This document shows positions 60,279 to 64,000 of a DNA stretch of 64,000 nt, piece by piece. Position 1 is the first letter of the stretch; the number at the start of each line of letters is the position of its first letter. The position numbers and the translations under genes were made by a program. Under the pieces are notes generated by a model, which saw only the letters and a program-made list of their open reading frames with translations, made no database searches and was not told the origin of the DNA. Source of the DNA: Eledone cirrhosa (taxonomy: Eukaryota); assembly GCA_964016885.1 (NCBI GenBank), contig OZ024745.1, positions 4,898,001 through 4,962,000 on the forward strand, given 5' to 3'.

Positions 60279-60898
60279 GTAGCCTGGAGAATTGTGGCCT
60301 GGAGAATAATGGCCTGGAGAATAATGGCCTGGAGAATAATAGCCTGGAGAATTATAGCCTGGAGAATAATGGCCTGGAGAATAATGGCCTGGAGAATAAT
60401 GGCCTGGAGAATAATGGCCTGGAGAATAATGGCCTGGAGAATAATGGCCTGGAGAATAATGGCCTGGAGAATAATGGCCTGGAGAATTATAGCCTGGAGA
60501 ATAATGGCCTGGAGAATTATAACCTGGAGAATAATGGCCTGGAGAATAATAGCCTGGAGAATTATAGCCTGGAGAATAATAGCCTGGAGAATTATAGCCT
60601 GGAGAATAATGGCCTGGAGAATTATAGCCTGGAGAATAATGGCCTGGAGAATTATAACCTGGAGAATAATGGCCTGGAGAATTATAGCCTGGAGAATAAT
60701 GGCCTGGAGAATTATAACCTGGAGAATAATGGCCTGGAGAATAATGGCCTGGAGAATTATGGCCTGGAGAATAATGGCCTGGAGAATAATGGCCTGGAGA
60801 ATTATAGCCTGGAGAATATAGCCTGGAGAATAATAGCCTGGAGAATTATAGCCTGGAGAATAATGGCCTGGAGAATTATAACCTGGAGAATAATGGCC
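60261..60898. repeat. 15-bp minisatellite GCCTGGAGAAT(A/T)AT(G/A), about 42 units
   Basis: Seen directly; it explains the LENNG and AWRIM ORFs. Confidence 0.97.
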
Positions 60899-60899
60899 C

Positions 60900-61050
60900 C
60901 TTGGACAGGATGCTAGTCTATCACAAGGTTAACTTCCAGCTACTGCTGGTACTCATTAAATGTTTTTCTCAAGAGCACAATACACCACCTGGTCCAGGAA
61001 TTGAACCCATAACATTATGGTTGTAAGTCCACCATTCTAACCATTAGGGC
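60900..61050 (-). mobile_element. tRNA-derived SINE fragment
   Basis: The minus strand shows an A-box-like TGGTTAGAATGG (~61031-61042) and a B-box GGTTCAATTCC (60997-61007), followed by a body resembling SINE core sequence (TGTGCTCTTGAGAAAAACA...AATGAGTACCAGC). No cloverleaf is evident. Confidence 0.6.
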
Positions 61051-61489
61051 ACTAGTTAGAGGGGATAACATGTACTCAGACTATGTTGTAACAGGGTTGG
61101 TGGTCAGAAGGGCATCCAGCCATAAAAAATATACATGGAAAAAAAAGAATTAGAAAGTAAAAAAATGATCCACAACAGAGATTGGCAGTTTTCTGTTTGT
61201 GGGAAGCAGATGATGAAATACTGACAAAATGTAGATTTTATGTTGGTTATCAAGTCCCCCTTTATTTCATCTTTGTCATCCTCCTCATCTTCTTCCTTAA
61301 CATCGTTTACCATTTTGTAGTAGTAGCAGCTGTAATATTTTGTGTTCCATCATAAACAGATTAATCCAAAATAGATTCATTGTCTTCTGAAGGTTTTAGT
61401 ACATTTTTTTTTTTCACTTTTATTAATTTAAACTTTGAAACAAAAATAGTTTTGATGTCTTTTCAATTCATGACATTTTATCTTCTCAG

Positions 61490-61576
61490 TGTGAAAAGAA
61501 AATGAAAATGATTGTAGCAAAATTCCATGAAGAAAAGCTACAACAGCAAGAGAAACATGATCAAGCTGTCACAACG
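61490..61576 (+). CDS. CEP112: Internal exon of CEP112-like gene (CEKKMKMIVAKFHEEKLQQQEKHDQAVTT)
   Basis: Acceptor TTTTATCTTCTCAG| and donor |GTATCA; 87 bp, phase 0-0. Resembles vertebrate CEP112 KMMEAKFHEEKLKLQQKHDADVQK, recalled from memory and not searched. Confidence 0.8.
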
Positions 61577-61850
61577 GTATCAATTTTTACCATTATTCTT
61601 TTGATATCTTCTTAATCTCTCTAAAATTTATAGAAAATAGGTCAACTGAATTAGATGAACAGAAAGGTTTTCAACTCTACATATGGTATCACAACTGTCA
61701 TAGCCAGCAGACAATAGAGTTTTCCTAACATGGAACTTATATGCTGTGTGTTTGTATTCTGTCAAGGAAGATTTATACCAAAGAGTAGGGAGGGCGGAAA
61801 TATGCATACATACTCCCCCCTCTCTCTCATGTGTGGGTGTACAGAAGTAA

Positions 61851-62750
61851 ATGAGGTACACTCAAGAGGTTTTAAGACTCTTATTAAAGAGACATTTATT
61901 TAATTCAGATCAACACAAAACTCTTGTCTCCCTTAAAGTAGGATCCTCCAAATTCAATGCACTTGTAGCATTCCAATCACTTAAGGAAGGCTCCCCCACC
62001 CCATGTAGCCCTTCAAAGTGAAGGTGTCCAGGTTACTTGTCACAGCCTCCTTCATATCCTCAAAGCGTAAACTTCTGTGCTTCTCCTTCAGCTTTGGGAA
62101 CATCCAGAAGTGACATGGGGCTAGGTCTGGCCTGTAGGAAGGATGAGGGACAGTCTTGATTTTCATATTGATCAAGTAGTTGGTCAGCAGGATGGATTTG
62201 TGGCAGAGGACATTGTCTTGGTGCAGAGGACATTGTCTTGGTGCAGAGGGTATTGTCTTGGTGCAGAGGACATTGTCTTGGTGCAGAGGACATTGTCTTG
62301 GTGCAGAGGACATTGTCTTGGTGCAGAGGACATTGTCTTGGTGCAGAGGGTATTGTCTTGGTGCAGAGGACATTGTCTTGGTGCAGAGGGTATTGTCTTG
62401 GTGCAGAGGGCATTGTCTTGGTGCAGAGGGCATTGTCTTGGTGCAGAGGGCATTGTCTTGGTGCAGAGGGCATTGTCTTGGTGCAGAGGGCATTGTCTTG
62501 GTGCAGGTGCCACTGACCTGACGTGAAGAGTTCTGGTTTCTTGTTACAAAATCTCTTTCCGGGCTGCCTCAAAACCTCTACATTGTACTCTGTGTTGACT
62601 GTCTGGCCATGTGGGACCCAGTAGATATAGATGATGCCCTTGCTGTCAAATAATGGGATCATCATGAGCTTCCCCAGTGGACCTGCTTTACATGGCTTTC
62701 TTGGGGAGTCAGAATATTTCTACTGGGTATTCTGTCTCTTGGTCTCTCTA
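61851..62750 (-). mobile_element. Decayed Tc1/mariner (mariner-type DDD) transposase fragment; boundaries approximate
   Basis: Minus-strand ORFs give MIPLFDSKGIIYIYWVPHGQTVNTEY..WHLHQDNA and HPSYRPDLAPCHFWMFPKLKEK. These match the mariner motifs FxDxxG, HxDNAxxH and YSPDLAPxDF. The frame is broken by an internal repeat. Confidence 0.88.
62201..62506. repeat. 20-bp minisatellite GTGCAGAGG(A/G)(C/T)ATTGTCTTG, 15 units, inside the mariner transposase
   Basis: Seen directly. Confidence 0.97.
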
Positions 62751-63197
62751 CAAACAATATAATTTTGTCTCAAATTTCTATCAATTAATAAACTTTGAAT
62801 GTAATGTTATTGAGTCACTTTCTGTTGAAGAATATTTATGAAACTTTCAATATTTATTATTATGACAAATCTCTTGAGAGGTTATTTCAAGTTGTAGCTA
62901 TTTAGATTATAATTACTACTATTAAGTTTCTGAGTTCCTTAGGATATTTTCTCTATCTTAGCTTTTACAAGTGTCTTGGAGTGTTTGGAAAAATTCTCAA
63001 TGTATCTTTATATTTCATATCGGTAGTTTCAATTATTTTAATGGAATAAAAATGTCAGAAACTAACATATATAACTTTATTTAGTGACAGGTGAGATGAC
63101 AAAATTTGTAACACTCATGTACCCCCAGGTCCCAGATAATAGGAGGAGAGAGATAAGCAGGAGTGGGGATTGGAAAATCGATAATTTTTCTAGGTTG

Positions 63198-63224
63198 TCA
63201 TCATCATCATCATCATCATCATCA
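63198..63224. repeat. (CAT)n microsatellite
   Basis: About 9 TCA/CAT units seen directly. Confidence 0.9.
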
Positions 63225-63750
63225 TTTTAAAAACCAGAATTAGTTGTTTAGTTTACATATTGAGATTCCAACCCATCCTATTTATTTTATAACATGGGAT
63301 TTCTAGTAATGTACTTCTTTTTGTCATGTATAATGTTTTTTAATGTCTAAAGAAAATTAATTGTTGCAGGAATGTTACCTGTTAAAATAAAATTTCACTG
63401 TAGATAGATTAGCAAAATTTAATAAGCAAAGGAGGTGGGTGTGTGTGGAAAAATGAAACATTAATAAGTGGTGGTCGGGGGGAGGATTATGAGACCCGTA
63501 GGTATAATACATATATGATAGGTATACATTTCTCAAACATTTTGTAGATAAATAAATGTGCTGCTGTGTTTAATAGAGGGGGTTGTATAACTAATTAGTT
63601 TATAACAACTAAGATGAGAACTTTATAATTAATAGTATTATGTGGTGGGGAAGGAGGGGAGAAATCATGAAATCATCTCCAATAAACCCTGGATTGGTTT
63701 TGCAATATCCAATGTTTATATGAAGCAATGTCATTTTTTCAATTTTGCAG

Positions 63751-63850
63751 ATCTTGAATCGTAAAAATGCAGAAATTGAAGAACTAAAAAAAAATTTCTC
63801 TGAGAAAAGAAATGAACTTGAAGAAAGTACATTTAAATTAGAAAATGAAG
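63751..63850 (+). CDS. CEP112: Internal exon of CEP112-like gene (ILNRKNAEIEELKKNFSEKRNELEESTFKLENE)
   Basis: Acceptor TTTTTTCAATTTTGCAG| and donor AAG|GTGTGT; 100 bp, phase 0 to phase 1; coiled-coil composition. Resembles CEP112 ILERKNNEIEELKTLY..ETEETIRKLEKKV, recalled from memory. Confidence 0.8.
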
Positions 63851-64000
63851 GTGTGTATAGAATGTATAAATATTTTAATACAGATTGAAGTGTGACTGCT
63901 GTTTTAAATCCGATTTACATCCAGTATATTTTATTGTTGTCGTAATATTGTGATTGATGTTTGTCATGTTGCTTTTCATGTCTATTTTCCATACTTGCAT

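Noticed and set aside
60248-60916. LENNG pentapeptide-repeat-like ORF (and the AWRIM ORF)
   Set aside because: Translation of the 15-bp minisatellite derived from antisense LINE sequence.
60990-61050. tRNA gene
   Set aside because: A and B boxes are present but I see no cloverleaf, and it is attached to a SINE-like body.
61104-61861. Short minus-strand ORFs 61104-61313 and 61628-61861
   Set aside because: Low-complexity or intronic sequence with no recognisable motif, antisense to the CEP112-like gene.
62143-62526. + strand WCRGHCLGAE ORFs
   Set aside because: Antisense readings of the 20-bp repeat inside the mariner element.
63582-63609. Imperfect palindrome around AACTAATTAGTT
   Set aside because: Short and AT-rich; expected by chance.

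Overview
Eukaryotic, AT-rich animal DNA; the repeat families suggest a mollusc, probably a cephalopod (inference). Positions 1-~52196 are one minisatellite of about 1000 units (51 bp, with 57-bp variants) containing kb-scale higher-order repeats. The giant ORFs in the track arise because the unit length is a multiple of 3 and four of the six frames of the consensus are stop-free. Positions 52302-57152 are a second array of exactly 99 x 49 bp. The last 7 kb holds three + strand GT-AG exons (57663-57712, 61490-61576, 63751-63850). Their joined translation (..KMIVAKFHEEKLQQQEKHDQAVTTILNRKNAEIEELKK..) resembles the coiled-coil start of centrosomal protein CEP112 as I recall it. The introns contain a decayed RTE LINE, SINE fragments and a decayed mariner transposase. 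The main observation is that both large arrays appear to be amplified exons of this same gene. The 49-bp unit is an AG|GT-bounded, phase-compatible exon that also looks like a 49-nt intron. The 51-bp array, read as DGRDNSDDSNHHHQDYI, runs in frame into unique sequence and a splice donor that links to it. All splicing claims are predictions from sequence alone.
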